DNA of 36,176 nucleotides from Octopus bimaculoides (GCF_001194135.2 NC_069009.1:2202272-2238447), one strand, 5' to 3'. Positions 24,392 through 36,032 are shown, counted from the stretch's first letter. Made by a program: numbers and translations. The notes: generated by a model not told the origin, from the letters alone.

Positions 24392-24985
24392 AATGATGAA
24401 GAAGAAGAAACGTTTCAAGTTCTAAGGACAATGAACTGACGGTGTTAGTGTTTATGTTTATCAAAAATGTTCCGCAAACGATTTACAAGTATTATGCGAA
24501 TCGATATAGTATGCTTTGGAAGAGGACTAGAAAAAAATCAAGTGGTAAATAAATAGATGTGAATGAAGAAGAAGAAGAATATATATAGGAAAAAGATAGA
24601 AATGAAAATACAAGAAGGAACAAAGATTTGAAAAGCGGGAGGAGATATTTATGATGAAAACGATGAAGGACACAATGCTGAACAAGAAGGAAAAGACAGG
24701 AGAGTAGAGTGATGAGAAAATGAAGGATGAGAACGAAAAGAGAAATAGAGTTCAAGGAGAAAAGATAAGGAAATAGTTTATTACGTATAATGCAGTCATT
24801 GAAATCTGGGTTAGAGTCATTTGTTGGCACTAAACGCTGGTCTGTAACTGAGACGTAGTTAAAGAGACACAGAGAGAATCGTAGACAGACATTCGCATAT
24901 ATTCTTATACCGTTCACGCATACGTGTAAGAGAAAACTTTGATGCTTGTATACACTAGTAATCTTCTAAAGACGTAATCGCACAG

Positions 24986-24986
<1 letters not shown>

Positions 24987-25064
<78 letters not shown>

Positions 25065-25228
25065 CACACACACACACTCAACCCCACCACCCCGTCAATC
25101 TTACACTCGTTCATACCCTCCACACGAGAAATATCACAACAAGCATAACTCTTCACAGATTTTTCATCCACCAAATGTAGCAACAGCAGCAGTCCTACAA
25201 CTACAACTACTACTACTACTACTACTAC

Positions 25229-25302
<74 letters not shown>
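24987..25302. repeat. (CA)n, (CTA)n and (AAT)n microsatellite cluster
   Basis: Directly visible. Confidence 0.9.
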
Positions 25303-25306
<4 letters not shown>

Positions 25307-25812
25307 TACAGCGTAGTTTACGTAGTATAAGTTGTAGTAGTAGTATCAGTGGTAGTAGTAGCAGCAGTAGTAGTAGTAGTAGTAATAGATATATAACCTG
25401 CTGCTTTTCAGCTATTGCTTTGTTTTTGTAGACGAAAGTGGAGGGGTTAGAGGAGTTGGAGGGAAAAAGTAACGGGTGGTGATCGAGAGGTGAACACTAC
25501 ATGTTACACCGTCCGAATTACGCACACATTTTGAAATACTCGCCTACACACATTCGTACACAAAGAGATAGATACGCCTTCAGACGAACGCACACATAAT
25601 TTTACACACGCAAACACACCACACATACTTATACATTCTTGAAATGCGTGATTTCTCTCGATTACCACACTGTCAGTAACACACACTTTCTACAAGAAGT
25701 GTTAGAATAGAGAGCGGCGTGTGAGAGAGATTAAAATGAAAGATGGGAACTTATAACATATTTAACAATATATCGTCAATGAAGTAATATAAAAAGGAAG
25801 TATTCAGCTTAC

Positions 25813-25884
25813 AGTGATGATAAGCCGGAAAGATTTCGGAATGTTCCAGCTTTGATATCCTTGAGATTATTACCACTCAAATAC
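25813..25884 (-). CDS. LRR exon L16 (class C): YLSGNNLKDIKAGTFRNLSGLSS(L)
   Basis: AG at 25885-25886, donor GTAAGC at 25807-25812, 72 nt. Confidence 0.92.
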
Positions 25885-26428
25885 CTGTCAGAAAGAAAAT
25901 TGAGTTAAATATTATTTGCGAGGGACTGATTCTTGATGAAAATGAGAGCAAGCAGAATTCAGGTGAAACGTGAGGTTGAAAGAAATGAGAGACGGGAGAT
26001 TGGAGGTGGGATTTGGTGTAGGAGAACAAAGAGAAGAAGGCTGAGGAAAGGAAATAGAAACAAGTAAAACAACAGGAAGCACATGATTACCAGGTCTGGG
26101 AGGAACGGGTGTGCGGACTGTAACAAAGGTGATGTGGGATAAAGTCTAAAATAGGCTAAAAATTTTTAAAAAAGGATGTGTAGAATACGGAAAAGAGAAA
26201 GACGATAATAAAGCAGAAGTAAAATGCGTAAAATTATTAAATGAAGTGAAAAATATGGAAATGGATAAAAGTAAAAGAAGGAAAATAAATTCGAGTGAAA
26301 AAAAAAGCAGAAAAGAAGTAGAAGTTGTAGTAGTAGTGGTAGTAGTAGTACTAGGAAATGTAAAATTGGAAGGGAGAGCCGTTGATCGTTGATGTTCATC
26401 ATTGTCTTTATTCATACACACAGACACA

Positions 26429-26465
<37 letters not shown>

Positions 26466-26844
26466 NNNNNNNNNNNNNNNNNNNNNNNNNNNNNNNNNNN
26501 NNNNNNNNNNNNNNNNNNNNNNNNNNNNNNNNNNNNNNNNNNNNNNNNNNNNNNNNNNNNNNNNNGAGAGATTGATAGCATCAGTAGAGAATCAAGAAGG
26601 GAAAGGCGGAAAGAAATGAAGCCACACAAGGTTATACAAGCATACATGCCCATACATATTTCTATTCACACAAACTCTCACGCACACATATGTACAGAAA
26701 CTCACAAAAAGTCACACATTTCTATCGAAGGGGATTGAGATGGTAAAGAGAGTCAAGTACGGACGCGAAAGAAAATGGCACGGTTTTAAATATATATTAA
26801 TATATTGTCAATGAAATATTATCAACAATATTAAGGCAACTTAC

Positions 26845-26916
26845 AGATATTTTAAGCTGGTCAGACCATCGAAGGATCCTACTTGAATTTTCTCGATATT
26901 ATTTTCATCCAAATAT
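26845..26916 (-). CDS. LRR exon L17 (class B): YLDENNIEKIQVGSFDGLTSLKY(L)
   Basis: AG at 26917-26918, GTAAGT at 26839-26844, 72 nt. Confidence 0.92.
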
Positions 26917-27385
26917 CTATAACATAAAATTTTGGAAATGAGATTTATTGTAAAATATTATGACAGAAATCTCTATAAAATAAAATATTAGATGATTAGA
27001 AAATGTATAGAAGTGTCTTATGATGAAATGTAAAATATTATAGATAAAGAATAATATCGTGTAGGAGAAGGAAGGTAGGTGAGTATGAAGGTAATGGTAA
27101 TATCAAAGAGGAGGAGGGGAGGAGGATTGAGTTTCGAGGTGGTGGTGGTATGGGTGAAAATGAAGTATAGATTGATGACAGGAGGACGTTGGTAGTGTTG
27201 TTGAAGAAAATGGTTTTGCTGGTGATGGTAAGAAAGTTAGTAATAACAATGATGAGGACATGTATGGTGATGATGATGATGATGATCATCATCATCATCA
27301 TCATGACTTTGGTGACAACTGTGAAGTTGGTGCTCTTTCTTTTGACGATGACAATGAATATGTTGATGACGATAAAATTAAGTGT

Positions 27386-27688
27386 AGAAATAATACATTT
27401 CTAAATCTCTCAGAGAGATGTATGCAGTAGTGAAAGGATGAAGTAGTTGTATGCTGTCAACTTAATGTGACAGTCCCCTGAAAGGAATAATACTACTGTT
27501 GGTTAGACCTAGGAAGCTGCACCGCTTCATGTCGGCCTTGACACATTTCCTGTCCCCTTGTAAACATAAGGACACAGAAAATGTGTCAAGGCCGACAGGA
27601 AGCGGTTTCAGCTTCCTAGGTCTAACCAACAGTAGTAGTATTCCTTTCAGGAGATTGTCACATTAAGTTGACAGCATACAACTACTTC
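27386..27688. mobile_element. 303-bp insertion: 54-bp leader plus 249-bp fold-back, flanked by a 12-bp direct repeat
   Basis: Arms 27440-~27557 and ~27571-27688 are reverse complements with about 7 differences; AAAATTAAGTGT at 27374-27385 and 27689-27700. Confidence 0.8.
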
Positions 27689-28427
27689 AAAATTAAGTGT
27701 GTTAAAGTAAAGAAGAAGAATAAGGTGGAAAAGGAAGACAGCGACGACGAAGAAGAAGAAGAAAGAGATGAAGAAGAAGAAAGAAAAGATGTGGTAGATG
27801 ATGAAAAAGAAGAGAAGTAAAGAAGGTAAAAAAGAAAAAATGCGAAAGAATAGTGGAGGACGACGACGACGACGACGACGAAGAAGAAGAAGAAGAAAAA
27901 GAATGAAATAAATGTATGACAAGAGAATTATGTAAAAGAAGACGAAGGACCACAACAACAAGTAGAAGACTTTAAACAAGAATCCACAGAAGAAGAAAAA
28001 GTAGATGATAAGAAAGGAGAAAGAAAACGAAGAAAAAGATGAAGTAGAGGACTGAGAAAACCACAAAGGAGAAGAAGAGGAAAAGAAAGAAGCTGAAAAT
28101 GTAGGGAAAGAAGGAGATGACGAAAAGAAGAAGTATATAACGAACAATGTAAAATGTTCGCGAAAACAATTACATCAACAAGAAATGAAGAGGGAAAAAC
28201 ATGAAGGACAGATTTAGGAAAGGAAAGAAGGTGAGGCAGAAGGAGAAGGATAAATAGGAGGAGAAGAGGAACAATGAGAAGAAGAAGAACAATGAGAAGA
28301 AAAATAAAGGGAGAAAATCAAGAACCCCTAAAGTATATTTAAAAAATAATGATATGAATCATCTGGTGCAAAATATACATCTTCAAGGGTCATTCAACGA
28401 TGTTATTTAGCTTCGATCTACATTTAA

Positions 28428-28647
28428 CCCTTTAGTGTTCAGATTAATCTGTTAAATGTAATACTTTTTCACTCAAATTGTTTTGAATTAATCATGCATT
28501 ATCTTATAGCTTCGAGGTTTCAACGATGTGATTGTTTATTTTCAGAATGTCAATGTAGGTCGGGTGTGAGAGGCTAGATATCGCCAGTTCAAATATAAAA
28601 CATGTAGAATATCTGGGCCAGATATGGCCGGTTTAAACACTAAAGGG
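28428..28647. mobile_element. piggyBac-like MITE (220 bp) with TTAA target-site duplication
   Basis: TIR CCCTTTAGTGTT / AACACTAAAGGG; TTAA at 28424-28427 and 28648-28651; empty TTAA site in paralogs at about 16322 and 35792. Confidence 0.88.
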
Positions 28648-28895
28648 TTAAATACCGTATGTAATATACATACATACACTCAAAAACCATTCATCCATAC
28701 AGATAGACATTCACATGCAAACACTAGATGTTTCCCCTCAAGTATCACACTCCCATATATCTAACATCTCAGAAATGGGCCCACACTCACATTCATATAC
28801 ATTCACAAAATATAAATTGCATCTATACAAAGACATTACATATATTCAAAGATATCGCCAAAGAAATATTATAAATGTAGGTTGATTCAACTTAC

Positions 28896-28967
28896 AGATT
28901 TGTTAAACTGGAAAGATTTCGGAAAGCTTCCGCCTTGATTTCTTTGATTTCATTGTTGTTCAAATTC
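28896..28967 (-). CDS. LRR exon L18 (class A): NLNNNEIKEIKAEAFRNLSSLTN(L)
   Basis: AG at 28968-28969, GTAAGT at 28890-28895, 72 nt. Confidence 0.92.
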
Positions 28968-29180
28968 CTGGAACATAACATTGAGTAAAGAAATTTCATG
29001 TACGAAATTTGTGACTAAACAAATGGATGGTGGAAGATATGAAAAGTAGATTACCATCATGATGAACTTCATGTGTGTATATAATGTGTCAAGGAGATTG
29101 AGAGAAAACAGAATGGAAAGACATTAACTGATTAGAATTATATTAACAAGAAAAGAGAATAAAAAAATAATCCAACTTAC

Positions 29181-29252
29181 AGAGACTCTAAACTGGAAAG
29201 ATGTTGAAAAGATCCAACTTCTAATTCATTGATGACATTATTGGCTAACGCT
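29181..29252 (-). CDS. LRR exon L19 (class E): ALANNVINELEVGSFQHLSSLES(L)
   Basis: AG at 29253-29254, GTAAGT at 29175-29180; seen at the end of ORF 29177..29407. Confidence 0.92.
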
Positions 29253-29942
29253 CTGTAATAGAAAAGTAAGATGATGATGATGATGATTATTATTATGATG
29301 ATGATGATGATGGTGGTGATGATCAAGATCCTGATCTTGATGACGATGCTGGTGGTGATATTAGTGATGACAATAATGTAGATGATGATCATGATGATGA
29401 TGATCATGTTTGTGATGGTGGTGGTATCTATGATATTGATGTTGTTGAGGAAATTTATGGCAATGATGATTTTGATGATGTTGATTGTAAAGGAAATTAT
29501 GGAGCTCTAAATATTTTCAGAGAAATAAAGAACGTAAATGGTTAGGAGTTGGAAGGTTAGAGATATTTTATATATGAGTAAAGTTGCTTTAAAAATACAA
29601 TTACAAGATTGATGTCTGGCATTCAACGTTGATCCAGAGTTAAACGCAGTAAATGTCATACAGGCATGAATACAAGTTGATACACTGGTATTGAACCACC
29701 CATACACAAAACATATATATATGTATACACATACATAAAATATTCTGCTTGAACAGTCACACAGTCGATTGTACTTACACACACACATAAGGACACATTA
29801 ACATACACGCACACACACACATTCACAGACATTAAAGAACAATCACATACAGCTCTGCAGAGAGAGAGAGAGAAAGAAATAAAGCGCTATAAATATGACA
29901 TTACAAATATGACAGCAATGAAATACTATCAAGAATGATCGA

Positions 29943-29990
29943 AATTCTATTAAACTAGAAAGGTTCTGAAAAATTCCTCCTTACAAACTC
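29943..29990 (-). pseudogene. Dead LRR exon relic (class F): 48 nt, in-frame TAA, no donor (SL*GGIFQNLSSLIE)
   Basis: Same position and flanks as the 18447-18518 relic; AG at 29991-29992; 24 nt shorter than a cassette; followed by TCGATC. Confidence 0.65.
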
Positions 29991-30023
29991 CTACAAAATA
30001 AAAATTAATTTGAGAGGAATATT

Positions 30024-30215
30024 TATTGAGTCATTCCATAAATAATGCCGTTCTTTATACTATTCATTTTCGTAATTAAGATAAGCAAATTCTTTTTTAA
30101 TGTAAAATATACTCTCCTTCATTTTCTACAATGTTCTGACATCTATGTGGTAGACTTGCAAGGGCCTTCTTCCAGACCTCACTTGTCCGTAACACAAAAT
30201 ACTCCTCTAGTAATG
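30024..30215 (-). mobile_element. Mariner 3' end relic, paralogous to 18553-19000
   Basis: LEEYFVLRTSEVWKKALASLPHRCQNIVENEGEYILH*; TIR-like TATTGAGTCATTCCATAAATAATGC at 30024; same position relative to the dead class F exon. Confidence 0.75.
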
Positions 30216-30950
30216 AATTGAAGAAGATGATGAAGAAGAAGAAAATAGTGAAGAAGAAGATGATGAAGAAGAAGAAATTTGATAAATAAAGTACATTCAT
30301 ATTTATACTGTACTCTTAAATATATAAATACTAGGGAGAGGCATGATATGGAGTTAATATCAGAGACACAACTCGATACGCTTTCGTAGATTTACCTCAT
30401 AAAAAGACACAAACACACACACACATATTTCTGCGTCTTTTTGTGAGATTCACTCTATGAGAGCGTATCAATTTGTGCTTCCATTTCTATGTATATGCCA
30501 TTTATTGTTTATCTCTCTCTCTTGATATATATATATGCGTGTGCTTGTGTGTGTGTATGAATGTAGTAGATCGCTAGCAACTACATATTCATTTTCTCTT
30601 CTTGTTTCTTTCTGTCTTCCCTTCTGCGGAAGAGCGTTAGCTCGAAATGGTAAAGACTTTTTTCACTTCCCGAGCGTTAAACTACTACATCTGTTTGTTT
30701 TATACACTACCTGTCTTTTGATTTTGTGTGAATTTTCCCTATATATGAATGTATGTATGTATGTATGTATATATTCCCGTACACACACAAGGCGCTATAC
30801 AAGCATTCTCAAACAATCACACATTCCTATCTGAAAAGTTTGACAATGTGAAGAGAAACAAGGGGAGCAATTGGTGTAACATGTGAAAGTACTAAATAAT
30901 TGGTAATATATTCTCAATGAAATATTTTCAACAAGACTTCGCCAACTTAC

Positions 30951-31022
30951 ATCATCATTAAACTGGACAGACCATCGAAGGTTCCTTCTTGAATTATTTC
31001 GATTTTATTTTTAATCAAAAAT
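30951..31022 (-). CDS. LRR exon L20 (class D): FLIKNKIEIIQEGTFDGLSSLMM(I)
   Basis: AG at 31023-31024, GTAAGT at 30945-30950, 72 nt. Confidence 0.92.
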
Positions 31023-31382
31023 CTGTAATAGAAAATATTAGTTGATATGAATACTTAGAGACGAACACTATTGTAAAATATATCATTATCAGCGAAATCT
31101 TTAGAAATGAATAAAATGGGATGTGTTTTCTGATAAACTGTAAAATATTGTTAAACAATTACTTGATGTAGGAAAAAGAAAGTAGATGAGGATGATGAGG
31201 ATAATATTGAGAATAAAGGAAATGAAGCGAAGGATAGTGATGGAGGTGGTTCTTTTGGTGTGGGTGAATATAACGAAGAGGCTGTGGATAGGGGATGGTG
31301 GTAGTGTTGTTGAAGCTAATTTTATTGTTGATGATGGTTCGTGGGAATGATTTTGATGACGCTAATTATGGCGATGATGACA

Positions 31383-31414
<32 letters not shown>

Positions 31415-32047
31415 AAAAACGATGAGATTTTTTCTAAAATAAAGATAAAAATAATAAACTTCAATAACTTAATGTGAATGAAATTTGAGTTGACGGACTG
31501 AAGCATGATTAAAATTGGAAGAAGTTGAAGGAAGATGAGAATAAAGAGAGGACGAAAAAGAAGTAAGATCTCAAACAGAAGCAGGATCATTAGAATATGA
31601 AGAATAAGATTAAAATAATGGAGCAGCAGTAAAATTCTAGGAGGATGAAAAGACGGGGAAGTGAAAGTAAATAACGAATTGGAGGAAAATAAAAGGCAAA
31701 TGATAAATATGAGGAAAAAAAACGATAGAAGACGATGTAGAAGAAGAAGAAGAAGAAGAAGAAGAAGAAGAAGAAAAAAAAAAAAGAAGAAAAAGAAGAA
31801 GAAAATGATGATAAAGAAGATGAAGCGTTTCAAGTTTTAAGGACAATGAACTGACGGTGTCAGTTTTTATGTTTATCGAAAATGTTCCGCAAACGATTTA
31901 CAAGTATTATGCGAATCGATATAGTATGCTTTGGAGAGGACTAGAAAAAATCAAGTGGTAAATAAATAGATGTGAATGAAGAAGAAGAATATATATAGGA
32001 AAAATATAGAAATGAAAATACAAGAAGGAACAAAATATTCAGCTTAC

Positions 32048-32119
32048 AGCCTTTCTAAACTGGAAAGATTTCGGAATGTTCCAGCTTTGATATCCTTGAG
32101 GTTATTATCACCCAAATTC
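32048..32119 (-). CDS. LRR exon L21 (class C): NLGDNNLKDIKAGTFRNLSSLER(L)
   Basis: AG at 32120-32121, donor GTAAGC at 32042-32047, 72 nt. Confidence 0.92.
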
Positions 32120-32870
32120 CTGTCAAAAATAATTGAGTTAAATATTATTTGTGAGGGACTGATTTTTGATGAAAATGAGAACAAGCAGAAATCAGTTGAA
32201 ACGTGAGGTGAAAGAAATTAGAGACGAGAGATTGAAAAAAAGTTTAAATGTTTGGAAGAAGCTGAAGCAAGAGGAAAAGGACGGAGAAGTCGTAGAAGGA
32301 CAAGTGGTGTTGGAGTAGAAGGAGAACAAAGAGAAGAAGGCTGAGGAAAGAAAACAGAATAAAGAAAAAGAAGAAATAGAAGAAGGCTGAGAAACGAAAC
32401 ATGAAAAAGCAAAACAATATCAGGAAGCAAATGATTACCAAGTCTGGGAGGAACGGGAGTACGAACTGTAAAAAAGGTGATGTGGGATAAAGTCTAAAAT
32501 AAGCTAAAAATCAAAAGGATGAGTAGAAAACGTAGACGTGGGTGACGACCATTATGAAGCAGAAGTAAAATGCGTTAAATAATTTGAAAAAGTGAAAAAA
32601 TGTGGAAATGGATGAAAATAAAAGAAGGAAAATAAATAGAAGTGACGGAAAAGGGAAAGAAAGGAAATGAGGGAGTAGCAGTAGTGGTAGTAATAGTATT
32701 AGTAGCAGTAGTAGTAGTAGAAAATATACAATTGGAAGGGAGAGTCGATGATCGTTAATGATAATTATTGTTTACATCCATGCACACAGGCACACAAACA
32801 CATTAAAAGATATATATATATACACACATATATATACATATATATATATGTATGTGTATATATATATACA

Positions 32871-33183
32871 TATATATAATTAAATATATATACATACATA
32901 CATATATATAATTAAATATATATACATACATACATATATATAATTAAATATATATACATACATATATATAATTAAATATATATACATACATATATATAAT
33001 TAAATATATATACATACATACATATATATATAATTAAATATATATACATACATACATATATATATAATTAAATATATATACATGCATACATATATATATA
33101 ATTAAATATATATACATGCATACATATATATATAATTAAATATATATACATACATACATATATATATAATTAAATATATATAC
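32871..33183. repeat. AT-rich minisatellite, unit about 28-34 bp (TATATATAATTAAATATATATACATACATACA), about 10 copies running into a gap
   Basis: Recurrent AATTAAA core every ~30 bp. Confidence 0.85.
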
Positions 33184-33776
33184 NNNNNNNNNNNNNNNNN
33201 NNNNNNNNNNNNNNNNNNNNNNNNNNNNNNNNNNNNNNNNNNNNNNNNNNNNNNNNNNNNNNNNNNNNNNNNNNNNNNNNNNNNNNNNNNNNNNNNNNNN
33301 NNNNNNNNNNNNNNNNNNNNNNNNNNNNNNNNNNNNNNNNNNNNNNNNNNNNNNNNNNNNNNNNNNNNNNNNNNNNNNNNNNNNNNNNNNNNNNNNNNNN
33401 NNNNNNNNNNNNNNNNNNNNNNNNNNNNNNNNNNNNNNNNNNNNNNNNNNNNNNNNNNNNNNNNNNNNNNNNNNNNNNNNNNNNNNNNNNNNNNNNNNNN
33501 NNNNNNNNNNNNNNNNNNNNNNNNNNNNNNNNNNNNNNNNNNNNNNNNNNNNNNNNNNNNNNNNNNNNNNNNNNNNNNNNNNNNNNNNNNNNNNNNNNNN
33601 NNNNNNNNNNNNNNNNNNNNNNNNNNNNNNNNNNNNNNNNNNNNNNNNNNNNNNNNNNNNNNNNGATTGAGATGGTAAAGAGGGTTAAGTACGGACGCGA
33701 AAGAAAATGGCACGGTTTTAAATATATTTTAATATATTGTCAATGAAATATTATCAACAATATTAATGCAACTTAC

Positions 33777-33848
33777 AGATATTTTAAGCTGGTCAGACCA
33801 TCGAATGATCCTACTTGAATTTTCTCGATATTATTTTCATCCAAATAT
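33777..33848 (-). CDS. LRR exon L22 (class B): YLDENNIEKIQVGSFDGLTSLKY(L), same peptide as L17
   Basis: AG at 33849-33850, GTAAGT at 33771-33776; one silent difference from L17 (TCC/TCA). Confidence 0.9.
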
Positions 33849-34164
33849 CTATAACATAAAATTTTGGAAATAAGATTTATTGTAAAATATTATGACAGAA
33901 ATCTCTATAAAATAATATATTAGATGATTAGAAAATGTATAGAAGTGTCTTATGATGAAATGTAAAATATTATAGATAAACAATAATATCGTGTAGGAGA
34001 AGGAAGGTAGGTGAGTATGAAGCATGTTCGTTAATCAACGTTAATCTGGAGATAAACACAGGAAATGATATAGAGTTAATAACAGACACAAATCGATACA
34101 CTCTCATAGATTCACCTTATAAAAAGTCACAAACATGCACACACATACACACACACATATATAC

Positions 34165-34261
<97 letters not shown>

Positions 34262-34479
34262 TACATATATATAAGTCAATAAATAGTGGGCTTGTGTTAA
34301 CCGCACGTGGAGAAATAATAGGAAAATGAAAAAATATTGCTCCCCTTGTTTCTCTTTACATTGTCAATCTCCTCAGGTAGAAATATGTGATTCTTTGAGA
34401 ATGCTTGTATAGCATCTTCGCTAAATACTTAGTAATATATTCTTAATGAAATATTTTCAACAAGACTTAGCCAACTTAC

Positions 34480-34551
34480 ATCATCATTAAACTGGACAGA
34501 CCATCAAAGGTTCCTACTTGAATTTTGTCCATTTTATTTTTATTCAAATAT
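34480..34551 (-). CDS. LRR exon L23 (class D): YLNKNKMDKIQVGTFDGLSSLMM(I)
   Basis: AG at 34552-34553, GTAAGT at 34474-34479, 72 nt. Confidence 0.92.
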
Positions 34552-36032
34552 CTGTAAAATATAATATTAGTTGATATGGATACTTAGAGAGGAACATTAT
34601 TGTAAAATATATCATAACAGCGAAATCTTTACAAAATAAGATGATGAGAAGTATTTTCTGATAAAATGTAAAATATTGTTAAACAATTACTTGATGGAGG
34701 AAAAAGAAAGTAGATGAGGATGATGAGGATAATATTGAGAATAAAGGAAATGAAGCGAAGGATAGTGATGGAGGTGGTCGTTTTGGTGTGGGTGAATATA
34801 ACGAAGAGGCTGTGGATAGGGGATGGTGGTAGTGTTGTTGAAGCTAATTTTATTGTTGATGATGGTTCGTGGAAATGATATTGATGATGGTTATTATGGC
34901 GATGATGATGATGAAACGATGAGAATTTTTATAAAACATAAAGAAAAATTAAACTTCAATAACTTAATGTGAACTATATTTGAGTCGACGGACTGAAAGA
35001 TGATTAAAATTGAAAGATGTTGAAGGAAGATGAGTAGGGTCTGAAAGAGAATAAGGATCAGTAAAATATGAAGAATAAGATTGCAATAATGGAGCAGCAG
35101 TAAAACTCTAGGAAAATTAAAAGACGGGGAAGTATAAGAAAATAACGAAATGGAGGAACAGAGGCAAATAATAAATGTGAGACCAAACGATAGAAGACGA
35201 CGTAGAGAAAGAAAGAAAAAGAAAAACAAGAAGAAGAAGAAGGGCAACAAAAACAAGAAAAGAGAAAGAAGGAAAAGAAAAAGATGGAGATTAAATGACG
35301 ACGAAGAAGAGGGAGCAAAAGAAGAGGGAGAAAAAGAAGAAGAATCAGAAGAAGAAAAAGAAGAAATAAAAGTAAATGTAGAAGATGGAGAAGAAAACCA
35401 TAAAAGAGAAGAAGCAGAAGATGAGGAAAAGAAAGAAGCTAAAAACGTAGGGAAAGAAGGAGATGACGAAAAGAAGAAGCATATAACAAAGAGAATTAAA
35501 ATGTCCCCGAAAGCAACAATTACATCAAGAGGAAATGAGGAGGGAAAACATGAAGGACAGACTTAGGAAGGGAAAGAAATTGAGGGAGAAGAAGAAGGAT
35601 AAATAGGAGGAGAAGAAGACCAATGAGAAGAAGAGCAACAATGAGAAGAAGAGCAACAATGAGAAGAAAAATAAAGGGAGAAAAACAAGAACCGCTAAAG
35701 TTTATTTTAAGAAATAACGATATGGTTCATCTGGTGCAAAATATACATCTACAAGGGTCATTCAACGATGTTATTTAGCTTCGATCTACATTTAAACACC
35801 TTATGTAATATACATACATACACTCACAACCGTTCATCCATACAGATAGACATACACATGCATGCACTAAATGTTTCCCCTCAAGTATCACGCTCCCATA
35901 TATCTCACATCTCAGAAAGGCCTCCAAATTCACATTCATTCACTAAATATAAATTGCATCTATACAAAGATATTACAGGTTTACAAATATATCGCCAAAG
36001 AAATATTATAAACGTAGGTTGATTCAACTTAC

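Larger units (their letters stand above)
23870..27090. repeat. Higher-order block D-C-B, paralogous to about 30780-34022
   Basis: Same class order, alignable introns; L15-L20 offset 6910 bp, L17-L22 offset 6932 bp. Confidence 0.85.
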
